A stretch of DNA of 64,000 bases from Candidatus Aminicenantes bacterium (GTDB lineage: Bacteria > Acidobacteriota > Aminicenantia > Aminicenantales > UBA4085). This document shows positions 36,563-45,622 of this stretch, piece after piece. The notes below the pieces were generated by a model. The model was not told where the DNA came from. It did not search any database and was given only the letters and a program-made list of their open reading frames with translations. The stretch covers positions 571 to 64,570 of the forward strand of contig JAPKZI010000044.1 in assembly GCA_026393865.1 (NCBI GenBank), given 5' to 3'. Numbering within the stretch: the stretch's first letter is position 1; each line of letters begins with the position of its first letter. The position numbers and the translations under genes are program-made.

Positions 36563-38125
36563 TCAGCGGATCTCGTATTTCTCCATCATCGGTCCGAATT
36601 TTTTCATCAGCTCTTCATAGAGGTCCAGGGGCGGTTTGGCGTCGGCGGGAAGGAACGGCTTGTAGGGGAACTTTTTGGCATATTCCTCGAATTCGATCCG
36701 CAGTTTTTTCAGTTCCTCCGGCTTCGTCATCAGATCGACGGCCGAAGCGGCGATCGCCTTCGCCCCGGCGTTCAGGCCTTTCCAGGCCGTCGAACCGTAA
36801 TTACAAGCGACGGAGGACCAGTGGTGACCGATGGCCCCGGGAACCTGGCCCGGAAAACGGATCGAGGCCGTCGGCGTGACGAGCGTCACATCGCCGACAT
36901 CGGACGACCCGCCCCCGAAAGATACGCCGCTCGGCGTCCGAAGGTTATCGACTTTAGTCGGCATCCCCTCTTCCCGCGCCTTCAATTCCTTCTGAAGGGC
37001 CTTGGCGAAGGCGTTCTCTTCCTCGGTCCAAACGGGCATGCCGACGAGCTCGATATTCTTCTGGATGAGCTCGGCGGCCGCCTTGTTGCTGTGCGTCTGG
37101 TGGGCGGCGGCGATAAAGCGGGGAGGCAGGAGTTCCGTGCCCGAAGCCAGGGCGCCGGCTTTGGCGCAGCTGAGAACGCGCTCGAACATCTCCTCGACCC
37201 GCTCGTCGCTGTTCCGGACGTAATACCAAACGCTGGCCCGGTCGGGCACGACGTTGGGGGCCTGCCCGCCTTCGGTGATCACGTAGTGCATCCGGTAGGC
37301 CGGGTCGAGATGCTCGCGCAGGAAGTTCGTGGCGATGTCCATAATCTCCACGCCGTCCAAGGCGCTCCGGCCCGCCCAGGCATTGGCCCCGTGGGCGGTC
37401 CTTCCTTTGAAGGAAAAGATGACCGAAAAAACGGCGTTGCCGCCCCGGCCATAGCTCGTCCCGAAGCCGCTGCCGCTGTGGTTGTCGATGACGGCGTCCA
37501 CATCGTTGAAGAGGCCGGCCCGGATCATATGAGGCCGGCTGGCGATGATCTCCTCGGCCGGGGAGCCGAAGACCTTGATCGTCCCTTTGAGGCCGAATTT
37601 GTCCATGGCCTCCTTGACGGCGATGGCCGCGGCCGCGGCCGCGGCGCACATGGCGTTGTGTCCGCAGCCGTGCCCAGGCGCGCCCGACACAAGCGGGTCC
37701 TGCGCCGGAACGCGTCCTTTTTGGGAGAGCATGGGCAGGGCGTCGAATTCGCCGAGCAGTCCGATCACCGGCTTCCCGGACCCGTAGGAGGCGACGAAGC
37801 AGGTCGGCATGCCGGCCAGACCGCGCTCGACTTTGAACCCGGCCTGCTCGAGCGTATCGGCCAGGAGCTTGGACGATTTGACCTCCTGAAGGCCGAGCTC
37901 GGCGTACGACCAGATCGAATCAGAGATCCGGCCGAATTTTTCCACGACCGGAGGCTGGCCGAGCCAGTCGAGGACGAACTGTTTTTCCTTGGCGACCTTA
38001 ACCTTGGCCCTTGCTTGCGCGGAGGGCAGAGCAACGCTCGCCGGGGCCTGGCCGAAGGAGATCGACAGACACAGGACGAGGACGAGACCCGCCAACGCGG
38101 GCCGGGACAAGGCGTTTGTTTTCAT
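36563..38125 (-). CDS. Secreted M20-family amidohydrolase (AbgB / aminobenzoyl-glutamate hydrolase subunit B-like)
   Basis: Signal peptide 'MKTNALSRPALAGLVLVLCLSISFGQAPA'. 'GHGCGHNAMCAA', 'FGSPAEE', 'GRTAHGANAW' metal and dimerisation blocks. Confidence 0.75.
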   Translation of the reverse strand: MKTNALSRPALAGLVLVLCLSISFGQAPASVALPSAQARAKVKVAKEKQFVLDWLGQPPVVEKFGRISDSIWSYAELGLQEVKSSKLLADTLEQAGFKVERGLAGMPTCFVASYGSGKPVIGLLGEFDALPMLSQKGRVPAQDPLVSGAPGHGCGHNAMCAAAAAAAIAVKEAMDKFGLKGTIKVFGSPAEEIIASRPHMIRAGLFNDVDAVIDNHSGSGFGTSYGRGGNAVFSVIFSFKGRTAHGANAWAGRSALDGVEIMDIATNFLREHLDPAYRMHYVITEGGQAPNVVPDRASVWYYVRNSDERVEEMFERVLSCAKAGALASGTELLPPRFIAAAHQTHSNKAAAELIQKNIELVGMPVWTEEENAFAKALQKELKAREEGMPTKVDNLRTPSGVSFGGGSSDVGDVTLVTPTASIRFPGQVPGAIGHHWSSVACNYGSTAWKGLNAGAKAIAASAVDLMTKPEELKKLRIEFEEYAKKFPYKPFLPADAKPPLDLYEELMKKFGPMMEKYEIR

Positions 38126-38256
38126 ATTCCCTCCCGGAAAAAGTTTCGCGGCCGCGGTTCATTCCCCGATGATCTTGACCAGGATCCGCTTCCGGCGCCG
38201 GGTGCTTTTCATGCGGCAGGGGCCAGCTTATACCAGGCGGATTTTTGTTGTCAAAT

Positions 38257-38283
38257 GTCATCCTGAGCGAAGCGAAGGATCTC
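38257..38283. other. Copy of the short 'GTCATCCTGAGCGAAGCGAAGGATCTC' hairpin element
   Basis: ATCCT-gagcgaagcga-AGGAT stem-loop in an intergenic region. It translates to the 'SFASLRMT' / 'HPERSEGS' peptides that head many spurious small ORFs in databases (recollection). Confidence 0.4.
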
Positions 38284-38306
38284 ATTCAACTTTGTTGAGG
38301 TCGCGC

Positions 38307-38335
38307 TTGACAAGGGTCAGACTTGTCCGTAAAAT
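38307..38335 (+). promoter_or_regulatory. sigma70-like promoter of the TetR-efflux operon with overlapping palindrome (candidate TetR operator)
   Basis: TTGACA (38307-38312), 17-nt spacer, TAAAAT (38330-38335). Inverted repeat GACAAG (38309-38314) / CTTGTC (38322-38327) lies within it. Confidence 0.5.
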
Positions 38336-38370
38336 GACCAACTGGTAATTAACTGACCGGAGAGTCGAAA

Positions 38371-38982
38371 ATGGGCATCAAAGAGCGACGGGGACGCGAA
38401 GAAAAAGCGCGCCTGACGTCGATCATCGCCGCGGCCGAGAACGTCTTCGCCGAGCGCGGCTACCACCAGGCCCGGATGGACGACATCGCCGAGGCGGCCG
38501 AGCTGGCCAAAGGAACTCTTTATTATTACTTCAAGAGCAAGGACGAAATCTATGTCCACCTGCTGGAGCGGGAAGGACGGAAGGTCCATGATGAGGTCCG
38601 GACCCGAATCACCGAGACGTCGACCTTTATCGAGGCCCTCCAGCAGACCCTCGATTTCTACCTCGAGTATTTCGACAAGAACCAAGGTTTCCTGAAGATG
38701 TTCCTGCCCTGCATGTTCGGGTTCGTCCGCTTCGAGGGCGACGAGACGTTCAAAGAGTCGGCCAAGATCTACGAATTACACGGCGACTTTATCCGGGATA
38801 TCCTCAAGCGGAAGATAACCCGGGAGAAAGTGCCCTTCGCCCTGGATGAGCTTCTCAAGTTCATCAAAACCCTGCAGATCGGCATCGGGATCAAACTGCT
38901 CGAGGGCCACAAGGCCGAAGCCGAAGCGGCTGCCCATTTCTTCATCGGTCTCATTAAACGCGTAATGGAGGAATCGAAATGA
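38371..38982 (+). CDS. TetR/AcrR family transcriptional regulator
   Basis: N-terminal HTH '[32 protein letters not shown]'. Confidence 0.88.
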   Translation: MGIKERRGREEKARLTSIIAAAENVFAERGYHQARMDDIAEAAELAKGTLYYYFKSKDEIYVHLLEREGRKVHDEVRTRITETSTFIEALQQTLDFYLEYFDKNQGFLKMFLPCMFGFVRFEGDETFKESAKIYELHGDFIRDILKRKITREKVPFALDELLKFIKTLQIGIGIKLLEGHKAEAEAAAHFFIGLIKRVMEESK

Positions 38983-40283
38983 CACGACACGTTCCCAAGA
39001 TCATCTTGGTCCTGGCCCTCGGGGCAGGCACGGCGGCGCTCGCCCAGGACAGGATGACGCTCAAGGAAGCCGCCGAGTTCCTGCTCAAGAACAGCGAGCA
39101 GGTCCAGATCGCTCAGGAGTCCGTGGTCGGCGCCGAGCTCAAGATCAGCGAAACGAAGAGCCTCTATTGGCCCCAGGTCAACGTCGCCGGGAGCTATATG
39201 CGGATGAGCCTCGTCAGCGAAATGTCCATGCAATTCTTAGGTCAGACATACAATTTCCGGTTCGGGCTTCCGAACAATTACAACATGCAGGCCTCGGTCG
39301 CCGAACAAGTGTTCAACTGGGGGCGGACGGCGCGGATGGTCGAAATGAACACGGCCGGGTGGAACTTGGCCCAGGATGGCGTCCTCTTGGCCAAACACTC
39401 GCTCTCCTACCAGGTCGTTCCTATTTATTACGGGACGCTCTTCTTCAGAGAAGCGATCAAGGTCCTCGACGACAACCTCAGGACTTTCGAGAAAAAGCGG
39501 GACATCATGAGCCAACGCTATCAAGCCGGGCTGGCCTCGAGTTTCGACCGGGATCTGATCCAGGTCCAGATCAGCGGCCTCCAGGCTCAGAAGCTCGACT
39601 TCGAGAACAACATCCACAAGTTCCAGATCATGTTCAACGCCCTGTCGGGGCGTGATGAAAAAGCGCCTTTTGATCCGGCCGCTTCGCTCGCTTTCGAGCC
39701 GGAGAACTTCGATCAGGCCGCGCTCCTCCAGGAAGCGTTGGCCAACCGGGTCGAGTTCCAACAGGTCCAGCATCAGCTCAATCTCGGCCGGGCCTCGCGC
39801 GACCTGGCTAAGACTGCCGATAAGCCGACCGTCGCCGCTGTCGTCAACTATCAATTCCGGAACGGATTCATGCCGGACATGGAAAAAATCAAAGGGAACT
39901 GGACAGCGACGCTCTCGGTGGCCTATCCGGTATTCGATGGCCGGCGAACGGCCGCCCAAGTGGCCCAGGCCGAGTCCAACCTGCGGGCGGTCGAAATGAG
40001 GAAGACGGACCAGGAACGGACGGTGACCATAGAGATCCAGTCCGGCCTGGCCGACCTCAAGACAATCGAACAGAAACTCGAAATCGAGAAGGTCAAGATC
40101 AAGCAGGCCGAGGACGCCCTCCGGATCGCGGACGAACGATACCAGAACGGCCTCCTCAACGCCACGGACCTCATCGATACCCAGAACGCGCTCGAGAGCG
40201 CCCGGCTCAATCTTCTCCAGCTCATTTATAATCATACCTTGAGCAAATTCAATTTGTTTCGTTCTTGTGGGAGGAAAATATGA
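38979..40283 (+). CDS. TolC-family outer membrane efflux protein
   Basis: Signal peptide, two tandem OEP repeats ('AQESVVGAELKISETKSLYWPQV', 'AESNLRAVEMRK...RYQNGLLNATDLIDTQNAL'). ATGA overlap with tetR. Confidence 0.85.
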   Translation: MTRHVPKIILVLALGAGTAALAQDRMTLKEAAEFLLKNSEQVQIAQESVVGAELKISETKSLYWPQVNVAGSYMRMSLVSEMSMQFLGQTYNFRFGLPNNYNMQASVAEQVFNWGRTARMVEMNTAGWNLAQDGVLLAKHSLSYQVVPIYYGTLFFREAIKVLDDNLRTFEKKRDIMSQRYQAGLASSFDRDLIQVQISGLQAQKLDFENNIHKFQIMFNALSGRDEKAPFDPAASLAFEPENFDQAALLQEALANRVEFQQVQHQLNLGRASRDLAKTADKPTVAAVVNYQFRNGFMPDMEKIKGNWTATLSVAYPVFDGRRTAAQVAQAESNLRAVEMRKTDQERTVTIEIQSGLADLKTIEQKLEIEKVKIKQAEDALRIADERYQNGLLNATDLIDTQNALESARLNLLQLIYNHTLSKFNLFRSCGRKI

Positions 40284-41197
40284 AAATCGGAAGAATCATC
40301 ATCATCCTGATCCTGATCGCCCTCGCGGCGTTCGTCGGATACCGGGCTAACCAGAATATCCAGGCTAAGAAAAAGGCGGCGAGCCAGCCGGCCCCCGAGA
40401 CGATCGTCCCGGTCGAAGCCGTCCTGCCGAGCCGGCTGGAGATTGCCGACAAGGTCCACGCCGTGGGCAGCATCCAGTCGGACGCCGAGGTCTCAATCTT
40501 CTCCAAGGTGAGTGGCAAGGTCGCCAACAACCTGGTCAAGATGGGCAGCGCCGTCCAACCCGGCCAGATCGTGTCCGTCGTCAATCGCGACGAGGTCGGT
40601 TACGACTACAAACCCTACGAAGTGAAAAGCGACGCCAAGGGCGTCGTGGCCCGGATCATCCTGAACCCCGGAGCCTCAGTCAATCCCAACTCGCCGATCA
40701 TGAATCTGATCGATATCGACACGGTCAAGGTCGTCGTGGCCGTGGACGAGAAGAAGATCCGATTCATCGGGATGGGCCAGAGCGCTCGGGTAGCCCTCGA
40801 AGCCTATCCCGGCGAGATCTTCTCCGCGCGGGTCACGAACATCAGTCCGATCGCCAATCCCATCAGCCGCACGGTCGACGTCGAGCTGAGCATCCCCAAT
40901 CCCAACCACCGCATCAAACCGGGCATGTACGTCGAGGTCGAATGGGTGATCAGCACGCGTACGGCGACCGTCGTCCCCCTGGGGGCCGTGGTCGATCGCG
41001 GCGGGCAGAAGTTCGTGTTTCTCGCCGCGGACGGCCTGGCCAAAATGAAGGCGGTGTCCGTTGGGGCCGTCGTCGGCGACGTCATTGAGATCCTCACCGG
41101 ACTCAAGGGCGACGAAAGGATCGTGACGACCGGGGCCGGCCAGCTCAACGACAAGGACAAGATCAAGGTCGTCGCGTCCAAACCCGCCCAAGTCTGA
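40280..41197 (+). CDS. Efflux RND periplasmic adaptor (MFP/HlyD family)
   Basis: ATG 40280 behind GGAGGAAAA, overlapping the tolC-like stop. TM anchor plus 'IFSKVSGKVANNLVKMGSAVQPGQIV' lipoyl-like motif and C-terminal beta-barrel blocks. Confidence 0.85.
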   Translation: MKIGRIIIILILIALAAFVGYRANQNIQAKKKAASQPAPETIVPVEAVLPSRLEIADKVHAVGSIQSDAEVSIFSKVSGKVANNLVKMGSAVQPGQIVSVVNRDEVGYDYKPYEVKSDAKGVVARIILNPGASVNPNSPIMNLIDIDTVKVVVAVDEKKIRFIGMGQSARVALEAYPGEIFSARVTNISPIANPISRTVDVELSIPNPNHRIKPGMYVEVEWVISTRTATVVPLGAVVDRGGQKFVFLAADGLAKMKAVSVGAVVGDVIEILTGLKGDERIVTTGAGQLNDKDKIKVVASKPAQV

Positions 41198-41211
41198 GGA
41201 ACGATCCAGCC

Positions 41212-44200
41212 ATGAAAATCGCCGATATTTCGATCAAACAGCCCGTTTTCATCACCATGGTCATCCTCTCCCTGGTGGTCGTGGGCGTCCTGTCCTACTC
41301 CCGCCTCGGCGTCGATCTGATGCCCGATATCACCCTGCCGATCGTCGCCATCACCATCGCCAATCCCGGCGTCGGCCCCGAGGAGATGGAATCCCAGGTC
41401 AGCAAGCCGATCGAGGACGTCCTCAGCACGATCAACGGGGTCGACAAAATCTCGTCCACCTCGGCCGAGGGGGTCTCGGTCGTCGTGGCCTCTTTCGTCC
41501 TGGAGAAGGACGCCCAGCTGGCCTCGACCGAGGTCCGGGAGAAGGTCGCCGGGATCCGGAATACGCTTCCCAGGGAGATCATCGAACCCGTCATCAACAA
41601 GTTCGATCCGTCGGCTTCGCCGATCATCTCCTTCGGCATCCTGAGCAAGAGCGGCCGGATGAACCTTCCCCAAGTCCGTCAGTTCGTCGACGATACGATC
41701 AAAGTCCAGATCCAGCAGGTGGACGGAGTCGGCGCGGTCGACCTCATCGGCGGGCTGGAGCGGGAGATCCAGGTCGAGGTCAACCTGGACAAGATGAACG
41801 CCCTGGGCATATCCATCGCCCAGATCACCCAGGCTATCCGCGGCGAGAACCTGAACCTGCCGGCCGGGCGGGTCACGGAGAAGTCCCAGGATTTTCTCGT
41901 CCGAACCAAGGCCGAGTTCACCAGCCTCCAGGAAATGCTGGACATCGTCATCGCCAACGTCGGCGGCAATCCCGTTTACCTGAAGGACATCGCCGCCGTC
42001 AAGGACGATTTCAAGACCAAGAGGGCGATTTCGCGGATCAATGGCCGGGAATGCGTTTCGCTCATCGTCCAAAAGCAGTCGGGGACGAATACGGTCAAGG
42101 TGGCGGACCAGGTCAACAAGATGATCGCGGCCGCTAAAACAGCCAACCCTGACCTCGATATCAGGACGACGACGGACTCGTCGCTCATGATCGAGGAGTC
42201 CCGGGACGACGTCATCAAAACGTTGATCCTGGGCATCCTGTTCGCCGGGCTGGTCGTGCTCTTTTCCTTCGGCGACCTCCGCAACACGCTCATCACGGTG
42301 GCCGGACTGCCCGTCTGCCTCATCGCCGCCTTTGGCGTCATGGGGGCGCTCGGCTACACGGTCAACATGATCACCTTGCTCGCTCTAAGCCTGTCGGTCG
42401 GTCTCCTCATCGACGACGCCATCGTCGTCCGCGAGAACATCTTCCGTCACATGGAGAAGCTCCACCAGGATCCAAAGCAGGCCGCCAGCGATGGGACGTC
42501 CGAGGTGGGATTGGCCGTCACGGCCACGACAATGACCATCGTCGCCGTCTTCCTCCCGGTCGCCTTCACGACCGGAATCGCCGGCAAGTTCTTCCGCCAA
42601 TTCGGAGTGACGGTCGCCGCGGCCGTCCTCATCTCTCTCTTCGAGGCGTTCACCTTCGCCCCGATGCTGTCCGCCCATTTCTTCAAGAGTGTCGAGCGGA
42701 ACGGTAAAAAAACGCTGTCCTCCCGTTTTCAGGACCTCGTCACCCGGCTCTATGACAAGCTGGGGAACAATTACCGGCCGCTCTTGCGCTGGGCCTTGAA
42801 ACACCGCAAGACCATGATCCTGATCACGACCTTGGTCTTCTTCCTCAGCGCCTATCTCTTCACCGTGGTCGGGACCGGCCAAACCCCTCACGGCTCGCGG
42901 CCGGAATTCAATCTCGTCATCCAGACCCCGTCCGGCAGCTCGCTCGGCCAGACCGATTTGATCGTCCGGTCGATCGAAAAGATCCTGAAAGCGCAGCCTG
43001 AAATCGGGGACGTGGCCGCGGTCGTGGGGTCCACGGACGGTTCGTCCGACGTGGCCACGATCAACGTCAAGCTGACCATCCCGACCAAACTGGCCCAGGA
43101 GTACCAGGACAAGCTCCGGCCGATGCTGACCGACATTCCCGGCGCGTCGATCACCTTCCAAGAGGCCAGCTCGATGGGCGGCGCGGCCTTCGCCTCGATG
43201 CAGCAGCTCCCCGTCCAGATTTATCTGAAGGGGACGGACCTCTCCGCCTTGAGCAACGCCGCCGATCAGGTCAAGCTCGCCCTCCAGAATATCTCCGGCT
43301 TGGTCGACGTCAACAGCGACAACCGGCCGCCCAAACCGGAACTTCAAATCAGGCTCGACCGGGAGCGGGCTTCGCGGCTCGGGACCGGCACGGCTCAAAT
43401 CGCCGCGGCGATGCGTTCGATCGTCGACGGCGACATCGCTTCGAAATATCGCGAGTTCGAGAAGCTTTATGACATCCGCGTCCGCGCCTCCGAGGATGTC
43501 CGTTTCAACCTCGAGAAGCTCGGCCGGGTCTATCTGCCGACTATGCGCGGCGGCACCATCACCCTGGACCAGGTCGGCCGGCTTCAAGCGGTCAGCGGCC
43601 CAACCCAGATCAAGCGCTCCAACCGGACCCGGCAGATCATGATCGGAGCCAACATCCTCAAGGGCCGGGCCCTCAACGAGATCACGCAGAAGGTCAACGC
43701 CTCCCTGGCCGCCCTGCCGTTCCCCAAGGGCGTGACCTACCAATTCGGCGGGCAGGTCGAAATGAACCAGAAGATGTTCGCCTCGCTCGGCCTGGCCATG
43801 GCCCTGGCCATCGTCTTCGTCTATATGGTCCTGGCCTCCCAGTTCGGGTCGTTCGTCCAGCCGTTCGTCATCATGCTCGCCCTGCCGCTCTCCATGATCG
43901 GGGCGGTCCTCGGGCTCCTCCTGGCCAACAAGCTCTTCGACATGGTCGCCTTCATCGGACTGATCATGCTCATGGGCCTGGTGACCAAGAACTCGATCCT
44001 CCTCGTCGACTACACGAATGTCCTGCGGAAAAGGGGATTGAAGCGGTTCGAAGCGATCGTGGAAGCCGGCTCGACGCGGCTGCGGCCCATCCTGATGACG
44101 ACGCTGGCCATGATTCTGGGGATGATCCCGGTCGCGGCCGGCTTCGGGACGAGTTCCGGGTTCCGCGCGGCGATCGGCTACACGATCATCGGCGGCCTGA

Positions 44201-44298
44201 TCAGTTCGACGATCCTGACCCTGGTGGTCGTCCCGGTCGTCTATTCGATCCTGGACGACCTCGTCTTGAAGGCAAGGCGGAAAAAGATGGAGACCTGA
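41212..44298 (+). CDS. RND efflux permease (AcrB/HAE1-like)
   Basis: 1028 aa, 12-TM architecture. 'MKIADISIKQPVFITMVILSLVVVG', 'LSLSVGLLIDDAIVVRENI', 'GLIMLMGLVTKNSILLVDY'. Confidence 0.92.
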   Translation: MKIADISIKQPVFITMVILSLVVVGVLSYSRLGVDLMPDITLPIVAITIANPGVGPEEMESQVSKPIEDVLSTINGVDKISSTSAEGVSVVVASFVLEKDAQLASTEVREKVAGIRNTLPREIIEPVINKFDPSASPIISFGILSKSGRMNLPQVRQFVDDTIKVQIQQVDGVGAVDLIGGLEREIQVEVNLDKMNALGISIAQITQAIRGENLNLPAGRVTEKSQDFLVRTKAEFTSLQEMLDIVIANVGGNPVYLKDIAAVKDDFKTKRAISRINGRECVSLIVQKQSGTNTVKVADQVNKMIAAAKTANPDLDIRTTTDSSLMIEESRDDVIKTLILGILFAGLVVLFSFGDLRNTLITVAGLPVCLIAAFGVMGALGYTVNMITLLALSLSVGLLIDDAIVVRENIFRHMEKLHQDPKQAASDGTSEVGLAVTATTMTIVAVFLPVAFTTGIAGKFFRQFGVTVAAAVLISLFEAFTFAPMLSAHFFKSVERNGKKTLSSRFQDLVTRLYDKLGNNYRPLLRWALKHRKTMILITTLVFFLSAYLFTVVGTGQTPHGSRPEFNLVIQTPSGSSLGQTDLIVRSIEKILKAQPEIGDVAAVVGSTDGSSDVATINVKLTIPTKLAQEYQDKLRPMLTDIPGASITFQEASSMGGAAFASMQQLPVQIYLKGTDLSALSNAADQVKLALQNISGLVDVNSDNRPPKPELQIRLDRERASRLGTGTAQIAAAMRSIVDGDIASKYREFEKLYDIRVRASEDVRFNLEKLGRVYLPTMRGGTITLDQVGRLQAVSGPTQIKRSNRTRQIMIGANILKGRALNEITQKVNASLAALPFPKGVTYQFGGQVEMNQKMFASLGLAMALAIVFVYMVLASQFGSFVQPFVIMLALPLSMIGAVLGLLLANKLFDMVAFIGLIMLMGLVTKNSILLVDYTNVLRKRGLKRFEAIVEAGSTRLRPILMTTLAMILGMIPVAAGFGTSSGFRAAIGYTIIGGLISSTILTLVVVPVVYSILDDLVLKARRKKMET

Positions 44299-44471
44299 CG
44301 AAACCGTGGAAGTCCGGGGTCGACGGCCACGGCCTGCTCTTCCATTGATTCGAGGAATTCTTGAGGCTGACGTCCAGTCGAGCGATTCCGGCGAGCCGGC
44401 CCCGGTCGGGCGGAGTAGGGGGTCGGGACCTCCAGAGACCATGATCCGGAAAGGGAGAATCCTCGGGCTTA

Positions 44472-45458
44472 TTATTTTTCTTTGAGGACCTTGGTGATCT
44501 CGTCGACCAGAGGTTTCGATCCGATATAAAGGGCCGTCCGCTGGTGGGGTTTCTCCGGGACGATGTCCAGGATCGGTTTGCCGTTCTCATCGACCGCTCC
44601 GCCGCCGGCCTCGCGGCACATGAAAGCGACGACCGCCGCCTCGTACATCAACCGCAATTTCCCCTGGGGCCGGTTCTTCCGGGGATCGGGATGGTTGACG
44701 ATGGCGGGATACATGAACAGGCCGCCGTTGAGCAGGATGCGGTGGAAGTCCCCGGCCAGAGCGCCCATGTAGCGGAAGCGGTATTTTTTTTCGTTCTCGG
44801 CGATCCATTTCTGGACGGGCAGGGCGTACGTTTCCCGGTGGGACGAATTGAACGAGAGCTCCCAGGTCTTTTTGGAGACGGGCAGCATCATGCTCGTCGG
44901 TTTGACGAAATTGAACGTCTCATCGAGATGGAATCTCCAGCAGCCCGCGTTGTGCAGGGCGATGGTGAAAGTGCCGGTCGGGATGACGAACATGCCGGCG
45001 GCGATGTATTCGCGGCCGGCCCTCAGATGCATATCCTCCGCCCCCTCGAGGGCGCGCTTGGCTACGCCGAAGAGCAATCCGATCGGCAGGTTGTGGGGGA
45101 CGTTGGACGAGCCGTCCATGGGGTCGTAGTAGACGAAGTACCGGCCGCCCTCCTCGTTCATCACGATGATCTCTTCCTCTTCTTCGCCGATGGCGTGGAC
45201 GACCCGGCCCGAACGGGCGAGAGAATGCTTGACCAGCTCGTTGGCGATCATGTCCATATGGAGGACGTCCTCGCCCTGGATGTTGGTCGATCCCGTCATC
45301 CCCAGGTTTCCCCGCAGGGCGCCGGTCGAATAGTAGAATTGGATGCGTTTGGCGGCGTTGAGGATGGAGTTCATGAGGATCAGGAAGTGGTAGCTGCGTT
45401 TGTGGCGCTCCTGGTGCTCCAATAAGAAATCCATGAACGTTTGTTCGATTTGGATCAT
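44472..45458 (-). CDS. fbp: Class 1 fructose-1,6-bisphosphatase
   Basis: 'NIQGEDVLHMDMIANE', 'YFVYYDPMDGSSN', 'FRYMGALAGDFHRILLNGGLFMYP', 'GKLRLMYEAAVVAFMCREAGG'. Confidence 0.9.
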   Translation of the reverse strand: MIQIEQTFMDFLLEHQERHKRSYHFLILMNSILNAAKRIQFYYSTGALRGNLGMTGSTNIQGEDVLHMDMIANELVKHSLARSGRVVHAIGEEEEEIIVMNEEGGRYFVYYDPMDGSSNVPHNLPIGLLFGVAKRALEGAEDMHLRAGREYIAAGMFVIPTGTFTIALHNAGCWRFHLDETFNFVKPTSMMLPVSKKTWELSFNSSHRETYALPVQKWIAENEKKYRFRYMGALAGDFHRILLNGGLFMYPAIVNHPDPRKNRPQGKLRLMYEAAVVAFMCREAGGGAVDENGKPILDIVPEKPHQRTALYIGSKPLVDEITKVLKEK

Positions 45459-45622
45459 GGCTGTTCCTCCCCTCAGGATTCGGCCCGCGCGGCCGCTCGG
45501 GCCGACGGAATCACCATGTTCTTATCTTAGCCGAGGAACGCCTCGGGAAACAAGGGTTTTTGTCAATCCCGGGAGGACACCCTTCGGATCCGCCTTTTCT
45601 TCGTCTGCTTCATTCCCCGAAG

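Noticed and set aside
42385-44442. 685-aa minus-strand ORF
   Set aside because: It is antisense to the RND permease gene and is a shadow ORF.
45531-45546. CCGAGG-N4-CCTCGG hairpin and the nearby TTGACA in the fbp upstream region as promoter or terminator
   Set aside because: TTGACA has no -10 at a usable spacing (31 nt to TAAGAT), and the hairpin lacks a U-tract. Function cannot be supported from sequence alone.
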